Shown here one piece after another: positions 9,501 to 20,600 of a DNA stretch of 49,179 nucleotides. The stretch comes from Candidatus Thorarchaeota archaeon (GTDB lineage Archaea; Asgardarchaeota; Thorarchaeia; Thorarchaeales; Thorarchaeaceae). A program made the position numbers and the translations under genes. The first letter of the stretch is position 1; each line of letters begins with the position of its first letter. Under the pieces are notes generated by a model. That model was not told where the DNA came from and ran no database searches. It worked only from the letters and a program-made list of their open reading frames with translations. The stretch is taken from assembly GCA_046758445.1 (NCBI GenBank), contig JBHIAE010000022.1, positions 1-49,179 on the forward strand, given 5' to 3'.

Positions 9501-12500
9501 TACAAAGTGGACAGTGGAGTACAGTTGGTTGGAAGAACTTGACAATCCAGATCAGCTGGACTGGGCCCTCGGAGAAATACCAGACAAAAACAATTCAGAC
9601 AACAGTCAGGTTAGTTGGCACACAGACCGACCTTTACCTTGAGGTTGCCCCTGTTGCAACCTACTATCTGGATAACTTCACCTTCTCAGCCATATTCTGG
9701 GATGTAGTCAACTCAACTCCAATCTCGAACACAACTGGAAATGTACTCGTGTCCATCACACCTATCGGACCCCAGAATCCTGTAAGCTTCAATGATTTCC
9801 TGATTTCCATTATTCAGGAAGGACCAACATCCGTGTTCTATCGGTTTGAGTTGAACAGCACACACCTCGAAGGCGTAGGCTCGTTCAATGTCGAGATCTT
9901 GTTCCAATGGAGAAGCGGCCGGCAGCCGTTCTATGAGAATAGGACTCTGGCCGTTGCTTTGCTTGTGCTTGAGCGACCGACGTATGTGGACTACGGGCCC
10001 GTTTCTTCCACACCGTATGGTGAAGAGGCAACGTATGTGTTCAGCTATGTCGATTCACTGAGCACTATGAAGATAAGAAACTCATCATCACTTCTTGTAA
10101 GTCTAAATGAGGGCGGAGTAAGTTGGAGTTTAGCATATGACTCAGCCCTCCGCACATTCACCTTGGTCATCGACACGACTAGCCTTGGTGCTGCTGGTCA
10201 ATACAATCTGCATCTCAATCTCACTTGGGTAGGTGAGCCATTCTATCAGCAGATACCAAGCCACACGTTCAGCATTATAGTCACTGTTCGAAGCACTCAA
10301 CTTGCGCATTTGTCATTCGCACCAGAGCAGTACGGTAATAACGTCAGCATTGAGTTCATCTTCACTGACCTGGTTGCTCAGAGCACCTCTGGAATGACAG
10401 GGCTTCTGTCCCTGAACATTACGAAAGGTTGGTACACAGTTTCCTATTTGGGCAATGGTCACTTCGTTGCTGTGGTGAATACATCCGCACCTGATTTCGG
10501 TTCTGATGGAGTATTCTCAATAAATGCGAGCATTGTGCCATCTGCTCCAAACTTCGCAAATGCACATGAAGTCTTCAGCTTCGCAGTACTCAAGCGATCG
10601 ACACAACTGCGCTACGAGAGTCCTGACCCGACACCGTATCTCGATCACGTCACTTTCGGGATTGCCTATAATGATGACAGCACAGGCCGGGGTGTGACTG
10701 GGGCGCAAATTGCTCTGGACTGCACCAATTCCTCTCAGTCCTTGGTTTTGAACAGCAACTACTGGTTGACAGAACTTGGGTCCGGTCAGTATCTCATTGA
10801 AGTCAATAGCACGGCTCTTGGGGCTATTGGCACTTACTTCCTGAATGTGACTGTATCCTATACAGGCGCTCCGTATTATCAGCCTGCAAGCAGAAACGTG
10901 AACTCCAGAGTGTCTGAGAGGGATACGCAGACCTTGATCACGCAGACTCCTGGTGAAACACCATTCCTAGAGAACATTACTCTAAGGTTCAGGTATGAAG
11001 ACTATCTCACAAAGGCCATGATTCCAATAGACAAGAGTCACGTCACGTTGACGCATGGAGTCACCCAAGATTTGATTCCATCCGGCAGCTACACGCTATA
11101 CGATTTCGGCACCTTCTTCGAAATACGCTTCAACTCCACTATACTCAACCCGACGACGCTAGTGACTGGGCATGAAATACAGCTCGAAATTGATCGAGGT
11201 GCAGGAGTTCCCTACTATGCTGTGAGCGGCGCGACGACGGTTGCGGCAACGATTGAGCGACCGACACAGATACTCTTCCCACTGGTGGAGGAGGTCCCGT
11301 ACTTCAGCAATATCACGATTGAGTTAGACTACATTGATTTCCTGTCGAGTCAAGGCATCGAGGGAGCGTCTATCGACATCGTCAGCAACAACTGGACAAT
11401 AGCACTATACCAAGTAGAGGAGGTCGGCGGAGGATCCTATCGTGTCTATATCAACACGACTCTATTTGGTGGCGTCGGGACTGCTAACCTCGACATCACT
11501 GCAACTAAAGGTGGAGTGCCCTTCTACAGTACTAGGATGACTACCGGTGTTCCTGCCAGCATTCGACCAATCATTACGACGCTTCAGGCCGATCCTCCAT
11601 CTCCCGGTTCGACCGCAGTAGGAGTCCCGATAGTGGTCATCCTCACACTTGTAGACTTTGACCATGGTGTGCCACTGGAGGGGGCAACACTCACGTCTGA
11701 TTGGACTACCTTATACAGCACAAGCCATCAGATTGTAGAGGTCGGAAATGGTGTCTACAACCTGACTCTTGATATGACTGGACTTACCGCTCAGGACTAT
11801 CCGTTCACCGTGCAGGCTCAGAAACTCTACTACCAGACAACGACGGTTGATGTATCGGTGACGCCTGGTGCGTCAACTTTCACTATTGTTCTGGCCAAGA
11901 CTGCAGTGTTTGCAACCTGGGGCGAGATACCCGACATTCGTCTGGACGTCCGGGAGAGTTACTACTTCAGCCTCGTACCTGGAGCCAATGTGACTCTACT
12001 TTGGAACGGTACAATCTTCCAATTTGATGATCTTGGAAATGGCACATACACACTCGATCTAGACACGACTGCATCAAGCTTCGGCATCTACTCGCCACAG
12101 ATCTCTGTTTCAAAGCAGTACTATCAGACTCGCCAGACATCATTTACCCTCGTAGTTTCGAAAGCGCCTGGCCATATTCTGAGCTTGGACCCAGATACAG
12201 GAGAAGTCAGAACCTTCCGCAACATAGTCCTCAACACGGCAACTGATATCATCGTATACCTTAATGATACAATAAGAGGCGACCCTGTAGTGGCAACCTC
12301 TGTGACCATGGAATGGAACAACACTGTCTACGTGCTGGTTGCGAATGGAACGCCAGGATTCTATACTGCAAACCTGGATGTCACTGGATTCGACATAGGC
12401 CCCTACGAGCTTGTCATGTCTGCGGCATCGTTAAATCATGTATTCCTCGACGCCGTGGTTGATATCAATGTGGACCCAATCTCAACAGACATAGGACTAG

Positions 12501-14305
12501 CCAGTGGCGCAACAGCACTCTTTGTTGTACAAGGTGATGTCCTCAGCATACTCGTTGAGTACAATGATACCTACTATGGTGGCTTCATCTCCGGTGCCAA
12601 TGTGACTTACACAATAGGGGCCTTGGCCGGAACTTTGACGGAGGAGGCCAATGCCACCTATAGCGCGGTGATTGACACAAGTGATCTACCTGCTCAGACC
12701 ATCTTCCTTCGTATCACTGGAGCGAAGACTGACTATGCGACCACAACAAAGACTCTGATAGTCACAATTCAACCAGTACCCACCGAAGTAACAGTTGATA
12801 CGTTGCTGAATGAGGGATATCATGATGACGTCGTTGACTTCACTTTCTACTATAATGACACTCATCGTAATGCACCTATTGTCGGGGCCTTTGCAACTGT
12901 TTCATGGGACGGTGGTGCCGGCGACGTCACGGACCTTGGCAATGGATCTTACTTGGTAGAGATCACATTGACTCCAACTTCACCACGCCTCTATGACATC
13001 AATGTGGCATTTACTCTGCAGAACTTCACCACAGCCTCAACTATAGTGAGAGTTGTCATTCTGGCAACTCCTGCAATGATCGTTGGACCCAGTGACTACA
13101 GCGTCCCTGTCAATCACACCGCTCAGGTCATCTTCAATGTGGAGAACACTCTTACGAACGAAACCATCCCAGGACTCAATGGTATAGCGTACTGGGATGT
13201 GGCAGGTGCAGTGCCTCTCACTGTGCTTGAGAATGGAAGTTATGCAATCGAGATTCCCGATGATCTGCCCATGGCTACATACAGAATCGAGATAGGATTC
13301 ACAACATCAGTATACAGCATGACGACAAAGTTCCTTGACCTAACAGTTAGACCAGTAAGAACGAGGCTTTTGACTGCAAACACTACAATCTCGACTTCAC
13401 CTGGGAGTGGAATCACAATCGTCATTACCTATCTTGACGTTGACCACGGGACAGGCATCTCTGGCGTCATTCCCACTGTCACCTACTTTGAAGAGAACAT
13501 AACATACTTCGAAGATAGACTCGTTGAGTCAAGTCCAGGTGTTTATGAGTTGCCATTCCTGGTGACTGCCGGAAGAACGTTCACAATAACTGTCACCTTT
13601 GCCAAGGACCAACACGAAACAAAGAGCATCGTCTTCACAATCAACTCCGACATCTCGGCGGAACAGATTCTTGTTCAGAACTTGGCCCTTGGTGGAGGCT
13701 TCATCTTCATCATCCTTTCAATTGCTATTGTGGCCTATGTCAGGGTATTCAGCATTCCTAAGATGGTTAGAATCATTAACAAGATGATCGCTGCCTTGGC
13801 TGGCGGCAAGATTCCGAAACCGGCTGACGTACCGAATAGAGAAGCCATGGTGTTGGAGATTGTCAATGAGGGAATTCAGCCGGCTGGGATAACAAAGACT
13901 CCGGGCGACCTTCCAGGTCCGAGTATAGAGGCCATAGTCCCAGAGATAGAGGACTTGCTGGAACATCTTGCCGCGATCACCGGTCTGAGAGAGGCAGAAA
14001 TCGAGGCATTCCGTCAGGATCTTTCGAGAATGAAGGCGAGCGAGAGACCTGGTTTCATTAGAGAAGTAATCGAGCAGGAGGAGGCTCGTCGAGCGGAGGC
14101 CCTTGAAGAAGATGAGGAAGCAAGAAGACCCGAAGAGGCGAAGGAGGTACTCGAACAGAAGCCGGAGGAGCTTGAGGAGCTAAGAGTCAAGCTGCGGAGG
14201 AAGGGCATGTCCAATGACGAGATCGACATCACAATCGAACAGGCCAAGGGACTCTCCAAAGCAGACCTCGAGGCCCTCTTAGACAGTCTTGGTATCAGGC
14301 TGTAG
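6572..14305 (+). CDS. Giant single-pass surface protein, B-type paralog (B1), 2577 aa
   Basis: Signal peptide MKVRTRMLVVTLMALLMLVSA; jelly-roll-like head; 17 Ig-like repeats; TM (LALGGGFIFIILSIAIVAYV); tail ending GLSKADLEALLDSLGIRL; ATGA overlap with A1 and AGGAGG at 6557-6562. Confidence 0.92.
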   Translation: MKVRTRMLVVTLMALLMLVSANVMSSPWTSEFGGINEFASLDPDTSQNKEDARMPQSPIFSLSEQGLTEWSGQSTELPTMAYGNRIDMFEDNQNRYFPSNGSTSDTSVFVPMGAGWEGQELFVEVYELTENRTWFVDPEMEVGGAPWSLGTVSVGGGAAPEANWLPDGHGSGNDCVEFRMTSPDGDPSTGERAYARQNVAVDRGDVVWAGFRLDYWIDSAWGADGFVAVYVSIETNDYTQRVWQRSFADVTQAQTWFDSGLVVLQDLSIFDLSDGLDIEVGLYSQQSVNYWPDLDPEARVDNVELYIMTLTDPSDVNLQVNGLDVNDFVVGASTIPGLGNRTHVPATEWTSNPLQVNFTWTPSPSTPDPDREIRVDFSVRTTLYARGAGATVTTQDPAAFGESFTASNASEIEYLTWFHADIPEGYDEEYYFNISLPENRDVYFVGSPLLTSENITDWDEGHGPGWYANISAFEHLDRWGYWLVRSHGSNMITNILMVNSTTGRTSEFLGLRAHDTTRFVVEVGAQFAGIEVNLTVYDPSGTEWYSEAAIVNGTGYAETRELTFGVNATAGQWLVQALCNNSMAGSAWNKTGFFSRSFEVTHASFSELLNPADAVVTWTTNVTRPDLFLVRIRINDSDIPSIAVSGGQMSYNWTTGTEYFSDSGTGQYTVTLDSGDLAQKGEYTINIDWVHPYFDAISDVLTVYLNLDAEIVLEVPDSPGLSIPSGYNESFRVRFEDDIGNPIDYGIVDCNWSSYYSVKPVTGSPGSYIFWLNTTFVGLGEYVIAVTGEASFILPQTYLVYVEVRELYTRIWYLQNVLEIPLGEASDFTVDWIDADHELPLIGLNNSIEVNWTGSYSVDEISPGTYNITMFTEDADTLGTYPVKVTLSGSLMQNQSFVIQVIVRPHNTFFTLDEPVGDTPYGEEVVILVFHLDTDFSTGTSNATGDLSISVTTPGIVGLQYVVSDSTLGVGHFNITIQSGQWSTVGWKNLTIQISWTGPSEKYQTKTIQTTVRLVGTQTDLYLEVAPVATYYLDNFTFSAIFWDVVNSTPISNTTGNVLVSITPIGPQNPVSFNDFLISIIQEGPTSVFYRFELNSTHLEGVGSFNVEILFQWRSGRQPFYENRTLAVALLVLERPTYVDYGPVSSTPYGEEATYVFSYVDSLSTMKIRNSSSLLVSLNEGGVSWSLAYDSALRTFTLVIDTTSLGAAGQYNLHLNLTWVGEPFYQQIPSHTFSIIVTVRSTQLAHLSFAPEQYGNNVSIEFIFTDLVAQSTSGMTGLLSLNITKGWYTVSYLGNGHFVAVVNTSAPDFGSDGVFSINASIVPSAPNFANAHEVFSFAVLKRSTQLRYESPDPTPYLDHVTFGIAYNDDSTGRGVTGAQIALDCTNSSQSLVLNSNYWLTELGSGQYLIEVNSTALGAIGTYFLNVTVSYTGAPYYQPASRNVNSRVSERDTQTLITQTPGETPFLENITLRFRYEDYLTKAMIPIDKSHVTLTHGVTQDLIPSGSYTLYDFGTFFEIRFNSTILNPTTLVTGHEIQLEIDRGAGVPYYAVSGATTVAATIERPTQILFPLVEEVPYFSNITIELDYIDFLSSQGIEGASIDIVSNNWTIALYQVEEVGGGSYRVYINTTLFGGVGTANLDITATKGGVPFYSTRMTTGVPASIRPIITTLQADPPSPGSTAVGVPIVVILTLVDFDHGVPLEGATLTSDWTTLYSTSHQIVEVGNGVYNLTLDMTGLTAQDYPFTVQAQKLYYQTTTVDVSVTPGASTFTIVLAKTAVFATWGEIPDIRLDVRESYYFSLVPGANVTLLWNGTIFQFDDLGNGTYTLDLDTTASSFGIYSPQISVSKQYYQTRQTSFTLVVSKAPGHILSLDPDTGEVRTFRNIVLNTATDIIVYLNDTIRGDPVVATSVTMEWNNTVYVLVANGTPGFYTANLDVTGFDIGPYELVMSAASLNHVFLDAVVDINVDPISTDIGLASGATALFVVQGDVLSILVEYNDTYYGGFISGANVTYTIGALAGTLTEEANATYSAVIDTSDLPAQTIFLRITGAKTDYATTTKTLIVTIQPVPTEVTVDTLLNEGYHDDVVDFTFYYNDTHRNAPIVGAFATVSWDGGAGDVTDLGNGSYLVEITLTPTSPRLYDINVAFTLQNFTTASTIVRVVILATPAMIVGPSDYSVPVNHTAQVIFNVENTLTNETIPGLNGIAYWDVAGAVPLTVLENGSYAIEIPDDLPMATYRIEIGFTTSVYSMTTKFLDLTVRPVRTRLLTANTTISTSPGSGITIVITYLDVDHGTGISGVIPTVTYFEENITYFEDRLVESSPGVYELPFLVTAGRTFTITVTFAKDQHETKSIVFTINSDISAEQILVQNLALGGGFIFIILSIAIVAYVRVFSIPKMVRIINKMIAALAGGKIPKPADVPNREAMVLEIVNEGIQPAGITKTPGDLPGPSIEAIVPEIEDLLEHLAAITGLREAEIEAFRQDLSRMKASERPGFIREVIEQEEARRAEALEEDEEARRPEEAKEVLEQKPEELEELRVKLRRKGMSNDEIDITIEQAKGLSKADLEALLDSLGIRL

Positions 14306-14316
14306 GACCGAGTAGG

Positions 14317-14340
14317 TGCCTTGAGCAGCTCATCAAGGTA
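14317..14340 (+). terminator. Hairpin immediately downstream of B1 (possible terminator/stability element)
   Basis: tgccttga (14317-14324) pairs with tcaaggta (14333-14340), 8 bp with one G-U, 11 nt after the stop codon; no U-tract. Confidence 0.3.
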
Positions 14341-14522
14341 GAAGCTCCAAAGATCACAGAAGTCCTCCGTATCACGTTTGCACTTCGCGACAACGTACTT
14401 AATAGCTCAGGAAGGAATTGGTTGATTGATGGGGGTCTTGCCTTGTTCCAGCATTCCGGGCTGATGCTTTTCGAAAAAACGAGAGAGTTTGCAATCTACG
14501 GAATGAGGTTCGACAGAGCTGC

Positions 14523-14623
14523 TTATTAAAAGAGTAAGTCCCTTAGGCACTTGGCGGGTTCTCTGGCTTGGATTCGAATCTCAATCCAATCTTGGACAGT
14601 GAAAGCCCTACGCTCAAGGAGGT
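14523..14623 (+). promoter_or_regulatory. Putative TATA box, leader and Shine-Dalgarno for the A2-B2 operon
   Basis: TTATTAAA at 14523-14530; AGGAGGT at 14617-14623, 6 nt before GTG 14630; leader hairpin ttggatt/aatccaa (14568-14589). Confidence 0.5.
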
Positions 14624-14629
14624 CGCCTC

Positions 14630-17600
14630 GTGAGATCGAAGAAAGCTCTCATGCTGCTCCTGATTCTAATGCCACTGGTCTCTGGTGCTTTTCTATCCCA
14701 TTCGACAACGCATGATCTTAGTCCTCAGGTAAGACTTGCCGATGTCGGTGACGGTGAGGTAATTGAGTTGGGCCCTGACGAAACCCTGCACAAGTTTACT
14801 CTGTCTGACATGCCAACAGTGAGAGAAGGTACAGGTGCGCCACTGAATGGTTCAGAATACGGGTCACGCACTGACATGTTCCCATCTGAATCCATAATGT
14901 ACAATTCAACTAGTAGATCTACAAACCACGTGAATCTGACAGTGCCAATAGCGAAACACTGGGAGGCCTACGAGGTCTTTGCCAACGTTACTAGTCTCAC
15001 TGAGAATCGAACATGGCTTCTCAATCCCAGTTTTGACAATTCCGGAAACTGGACATATGGTACTCACAACGAGATGCCTGGAGTGAACGCAATCACCTCT
15101 GAATGGGACTCGAATGGACACGGTGCGGGTGATGGTTCAACGAGGCACCAAATCTTCGGTGACCCGTCGCGAACATACGACTTAGGCGACAAGGGGTACG
15201 CTACACAGAACATCTCATTGTCACTTGGTGAGATAGTATGGGTTGGTGTGAGTCTTGATTACTACGCCAGATTTCCGCCCTTGCCCGGAACACTGACTGG
15301 TTACTTCGAGTTGTTCGTATCATTAGGAGACCCAGATAAGGACCCAGACGATGATGGCGAACGGGATCCTGACTATTTCTGGTCAATTCAGTTCAATGAG
15401 ATCCAACAGGACTCTGTATGGTACTCAACTGGAATCGTGGAAGTAGACACTTCAATCACCGATTTCCAGAACGCCGAAATATGGGCTGGTCTCCGTTCAG
15501 TCGACGATGTTCGGTATGGTAGAAATAGGGATCCAGAAGGACGCCTTGACAACATTGAGATCTACATCAAGTCCAAGGCGACCCCGGGCCAACTGAATCT
15601 GAAGACAAATGATAAAGATGTAGAGGGCACGACTCCTGGACAAGGTCAGCTGAGATTTCCAGTGGGAATCAATGAGATGAAGGGGACTGCATACGCGGAC
15701 TTCTCATGGACGCCAATACCTGCGACTCCAGATCCCAATCGAGACATCACTGTCGACTTGGATGTTACACTTACTGCATACGCTTGGAGCTACAATGACT
15801 TTACGAAGAATAACACGGCTTCATTGACAAACGGGTCGTTATACTCCGTGTGGAACGCCACAGATGTAGATTGGGAAACCAATTTCCTAGCCATTGTCCC
15901 TGAGGGGTATGAGAATGAGTATTTCTTTAGTCTGTCAATCCCTGATAACAGGGATGTGTATACGGTGGCTGAACCGGACTTCCGGCACGTCAATCTGACA
16001 AGTGGGTGGACTTTGGGAGATCCTCTCGATGGTGCTGTCAACGTTTCTGTGTATGATATCACAACTACCAGTCAGAATGGCTTCTGGCTTGTAAAAGGCA
16101 CGTCACCAAACATGATTACGAATCTCCAAGTATGGAACGACGATACAAGCCAATGGTTGGGTACCGAGAAGTTCGGCGCAAACAATAACACCCGTTTTAG
16201 GGCCACGTTGAGTTCCTCCTACGCCGGAAACACCGTATACTTCACGGTCTATGACCCTGACGGAGCCGTATGGATTGAGCAACAAGCAGTAGTCGATTCT
16301 TCCGGGTACGCCACTACGAGTATGGTAAACCTCGATGCCTACAACGCTTCAGTGGGTGCATGGGAAGTACAGGCCTTTGTGGATGACTCAGTTTCAGGTG
16401 GAGGCTCAATTAACAACCTCGGATACTACCGAAGAGGCTTCAGTATCGGGCATGGCACCAGTATGTCAGTCAAGTATCCGGTGGGCTCAGACGTTTCTTG
16501 GAATGTCACAGTCGTTCACGGCACGTGGGTGCTGCTTCAACTTAGAGTCAATGACACCGATAACGGAGATTTCCTGCCGGGTGGAACAATGACCTATTCA
16601 TGGGCAGCTGGTTCCGGTGCTGTCAGCGATCTAGGTACAGGCGAATACAGTGTAACGCTCGATACGGGTCTCCTCGCTAGCAACGGTGAGTATGACGTAA
16701 CACTCCAGTGGAACAAGGGATACTACGACCCGCTGGTTCGCACTTTCAAGATTGTTGCGATCCTTAACACAGATCTCTTCTCCAGTGATGCTCCCGGAAT
16801 TGACGTCCCTAGTGGATACATAGCCCAGTTGAGTTTCAGCTTTCGAGATCAGTATTCGCAAGGTATCGCAGATGCTGAACTGACGACTAACTGGTCTTAC
16901 CCGTATACGGTTACACAGGTAATGGGACAACCAGGGGACTACACCGTTGAATTGAACACAACTGGGGCCCCTCTAGAAACATTCCTTGTCAGTTTCACAG
17001 CGAGCAAGGACTACTATGAAACTCGTACGGTAATCCTGTCCATCCAAGTCCGGGAATTGCACACCTCGGCAATCCCGTCCACGAGTCTCCTATCATTGCC
17101 AGTCGGCTATATCAAATCATTGAGAATTACTTATACTGATTCAGACTCTGGAAGTCCAATCAGCGGAGCTGCTTGGGCTATCAGGTGCAACTGGTCCGAC
17201 ATTCACTCCTTCGGTGACCAGAACTACACAGTTGTCGAAACCGGGACACCGGGAGAGTATGAGGTGACCATATACTCTGAGGATACCGATGTACTTGGTA
17301 CGTACAGCGTGGTGTTCAATGTCGAAATGCCTGGTGCTCAGAATCACACCTTCATCGCTACACTGGTTTTGAAGACGCATCTCACTTCATTCTCTTTGGT
17401 GAACCCCATAGATCCCACCCCATACACTGGAAATGTCCGCATTCTCGTCTACTACTACGACGCGGATGCCGATGCCGGCATAGAGAACGGGACGTCTGTC
17501 GGCTACTTTGTTGATATTGAAGTTAGGAGCTCCACCTTGCCATTGGTCAATTTCGCTTGGGCAAATGGAACGGTGCATGGGGAGTACATCCTCCTACTAT

Positions 17601-20600
17601 CTGCCGCCCAGTGGGGTTCAATCGGTGACAAGGACTTGACGATTTTGTGTAACTGGACCGGACCAACTGTCAAGTTCTACAACAGGACAATCAGTACCAG
17701 TGCGAGAATCACAGGTGCTCAAACGCAGTTATTCATGGGAGATAGCCCAGTGATGACTCCGTATGGAGAGAACGTTTCATTCTCAGTCGTATATTGGGAC
17801 GTTGGTGGAGGAGTGGGTGTCGTGAACAGCACTGGACCCTATGCAGGCAATGTCCATCTCTATGTCGATGTTCTGACGTCAGGTCAGTTGCTGACTCAGA
17901 GCCTAATGATGATAACAGAGGTGAACGCCATCATCAATCCAGGGGAGTACAGGATTGAGTTCAACACCACCTATCTTAGCGGGCTCATCAGTTGTGATCT
18001 GAGAATCTGGCTCAATTGGACGAAGGCTGCTTTGCCCTACTATAAGAACCAGACACTCCTTCTGACAGTCTACGCCACATATCGTCAGACGACTGTAGGC
18101 TGGACGCCGATGCCAGTCACTCCTTACGACGAATTTGTGAACCTGACTCTTACGTATCAAGATGCACTTTCTACGGAGAATATACGTGACAGTCCAAGCC
18201 TCTTGATATCTACACCTGGTTATGCATTCAGCTTGTTCTATGAAGGGGACGCTACCGCCGTTTTCAAGATACAAGTGAGCACTTCCGCATTTGGAAGTCC
18301 CGGCACACACACATTCCAGGTCGACATCATTTGGTCTGGCAGCCCCTTCTACCAGAACAAGACAGGCATGGTCATTCCAATCACAGTTAGAGAACGTCAC
18401 ACTCAATTCACACACGGTTCATACGCGCCAGTCCAATACAGCAACAATCTCACTATCATATTCACATACCTTGATCTTGATGACTTCCCATATACAGGCG
18501 TAAGTGGAGGAACAATTACGCTTGACTCCAGCCTGGGAGGTTTCTATTCCGTCTGGGACAATTCGGATGGAACGTATACACTGAAGCTCAACACTTCCGC
18601 ATATCTGTCACTCGGTACGTTCCAAGTGAACGCTACTATGACATATGGCGGTGTAAGATTCTGTGCCGACGCTACTGACACGTTCTATCTTACAGTCGCA
18701 AGAAGAATCACTCAGCTTACTGGAGATCTACCCCAGCCGGCACCTTTCCTGACCTTAGCAAATCTCACTGTACACTATATCGATGACTCGACCAGTCGGG
18801 GAATCATGAATGCAGATGTATCGCTCTTCAGTGCGACAGCAAGCCAACCACTGGTTCAGGGAGTGACTTTCTGGGTGGTCAATCTTGCCGATGGAGTGTA
18901 TGAGATTGGTGTCGACACAGGTGCTTTGGATGGCTTTGGGTCACACATAATCGACGCTACATTGAGTTGGAGCGGGCCTCCCTTCTACCAGCAGCGAACA
19001 ATTAGTATTACCGTCGAAGTCACTCGCAGGTCCGTTTCATTTGGCGTATCCAAGTCTCCTGTAACTACGCCTTTCAAGGAGCTGGTGGTCTTCGAGATAT
19101 CCATAACAGATTCTCTCACCGGAGCTCCAGTTCTACTCAACAAGTCGGTTCTGCTAGTCACCCATGGAAGTGGAACGGAGGTCCCGCCATCGCAGTATAC
19201 TCTTGCAGGTTATGGCGAGTTCTATACAATATCTATCAATTCAACAGTTCTGACAAGTGTACTTGTAGCAGATCATCCGATTCAGGTCAAGTTCTATTGG
19301 GGCGATTGGTCGCCGTTCTATGCAAACGCAACAACATCAACACTGGTAACGATTGGACCTAGATTCACTCAAGCGACTGTGCTTTCCACTCCCCCGGCAT
19401 CGTATTCATTCAACTTGACAGCCTTAGTCAAGTATAGTGACTATCTATCAGGGTCACCCATCACAAACGCAGCTGTGTCAATTCTATGCGTAAACGACAC
19501 AACATTTGCAAGATGGATCATCGACAACGGTGACGGAACCTACTCAATCATTGTGGACACTAATGACCTATCCGGCATTGGTAGGTACTTCTTTGAAGCG
19601 AACCTTACGTGGCTAGGGTCGCCGTTCTATCGTGACGTCATTGGCGTGGAGTTCAGTGTGGTGGTGACTCCGGTGGCAACAGTTCTGAATTTCGCCTTGC
19701 CTTCAGGAGTAGTATACTATCTGGGCGACATAGTATACGGAAACATCACCTATTTTGACGTGACCACCGGCCTAGGCATTGATGGTGCAGAGGTTGCTAC
19801 TAATTGGACCATCCGACATGGAACCGAGAGTACAATTACGCCAATGGGTAATGGCATCTACCAACTTGTCATTAACACCTCCACTCTCGATGCTAAGATC
19901 TACACATTCTCTGTCAATGCATCCAAGTTCCAGCACTTCAACAGGTCAATTACCACTGACATCCTGCTTGCCGCAATTCCAGTCGAGATTGAACTTCAGT
20001 TTGCACCTACAGACCCAACTTGGGGTGACGTGCTGGAATTGAGTGCCAATGTCACAGATGCAAGAACCGGTCAGCCAATCCTGGGAGCCGCTGTGAACCT
20101 AACCATAGCCTCAATCGCATATGACATGGTCCACCAGGGAGGAGGCATATACAATGCCACTGTCCCAACAGGTTCGTTTGACAGTGGGGAATACTCTATC
20201 TTGATCACATCCGTGCTCCTCAATCACGAAACCAGGCAGAAGACCTTCCAGATACGCATCCAGAAGGTGGCTGCCAATATCATTGCAAGCATAGACCCAC
20301 TGGTCAGTGTGAATGGTCAGTCAATCACGATTGAAGTTGACTATTTCATTCTCTCAAACTCTACACCAATCTCGGTCGGAGTAGTCACGTATTCATGGAT
20401 TGGAGGGTCGGGAACTCTCTCATGGCAACCTGCCCAGTTGAATTACACTGGTCAATTCATTGTCGATAATGCGCCAGTAGGAAACCATCAGATTCTGGTT
20501 CAGGCGTCTTCAAGCAACTTCAAGACAGTGAGTGTTGTGCTCACAATAGAGGTCAGGGAAACAAATACGGGGATGCGAGCCTATCAGGACAATACTGTGC

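Noticed and set aside
14570-14582. GATTCGAATC resembling a tRNA T-arm
   Set aside because: No acceptor, D or anticodon arms can be built around it.
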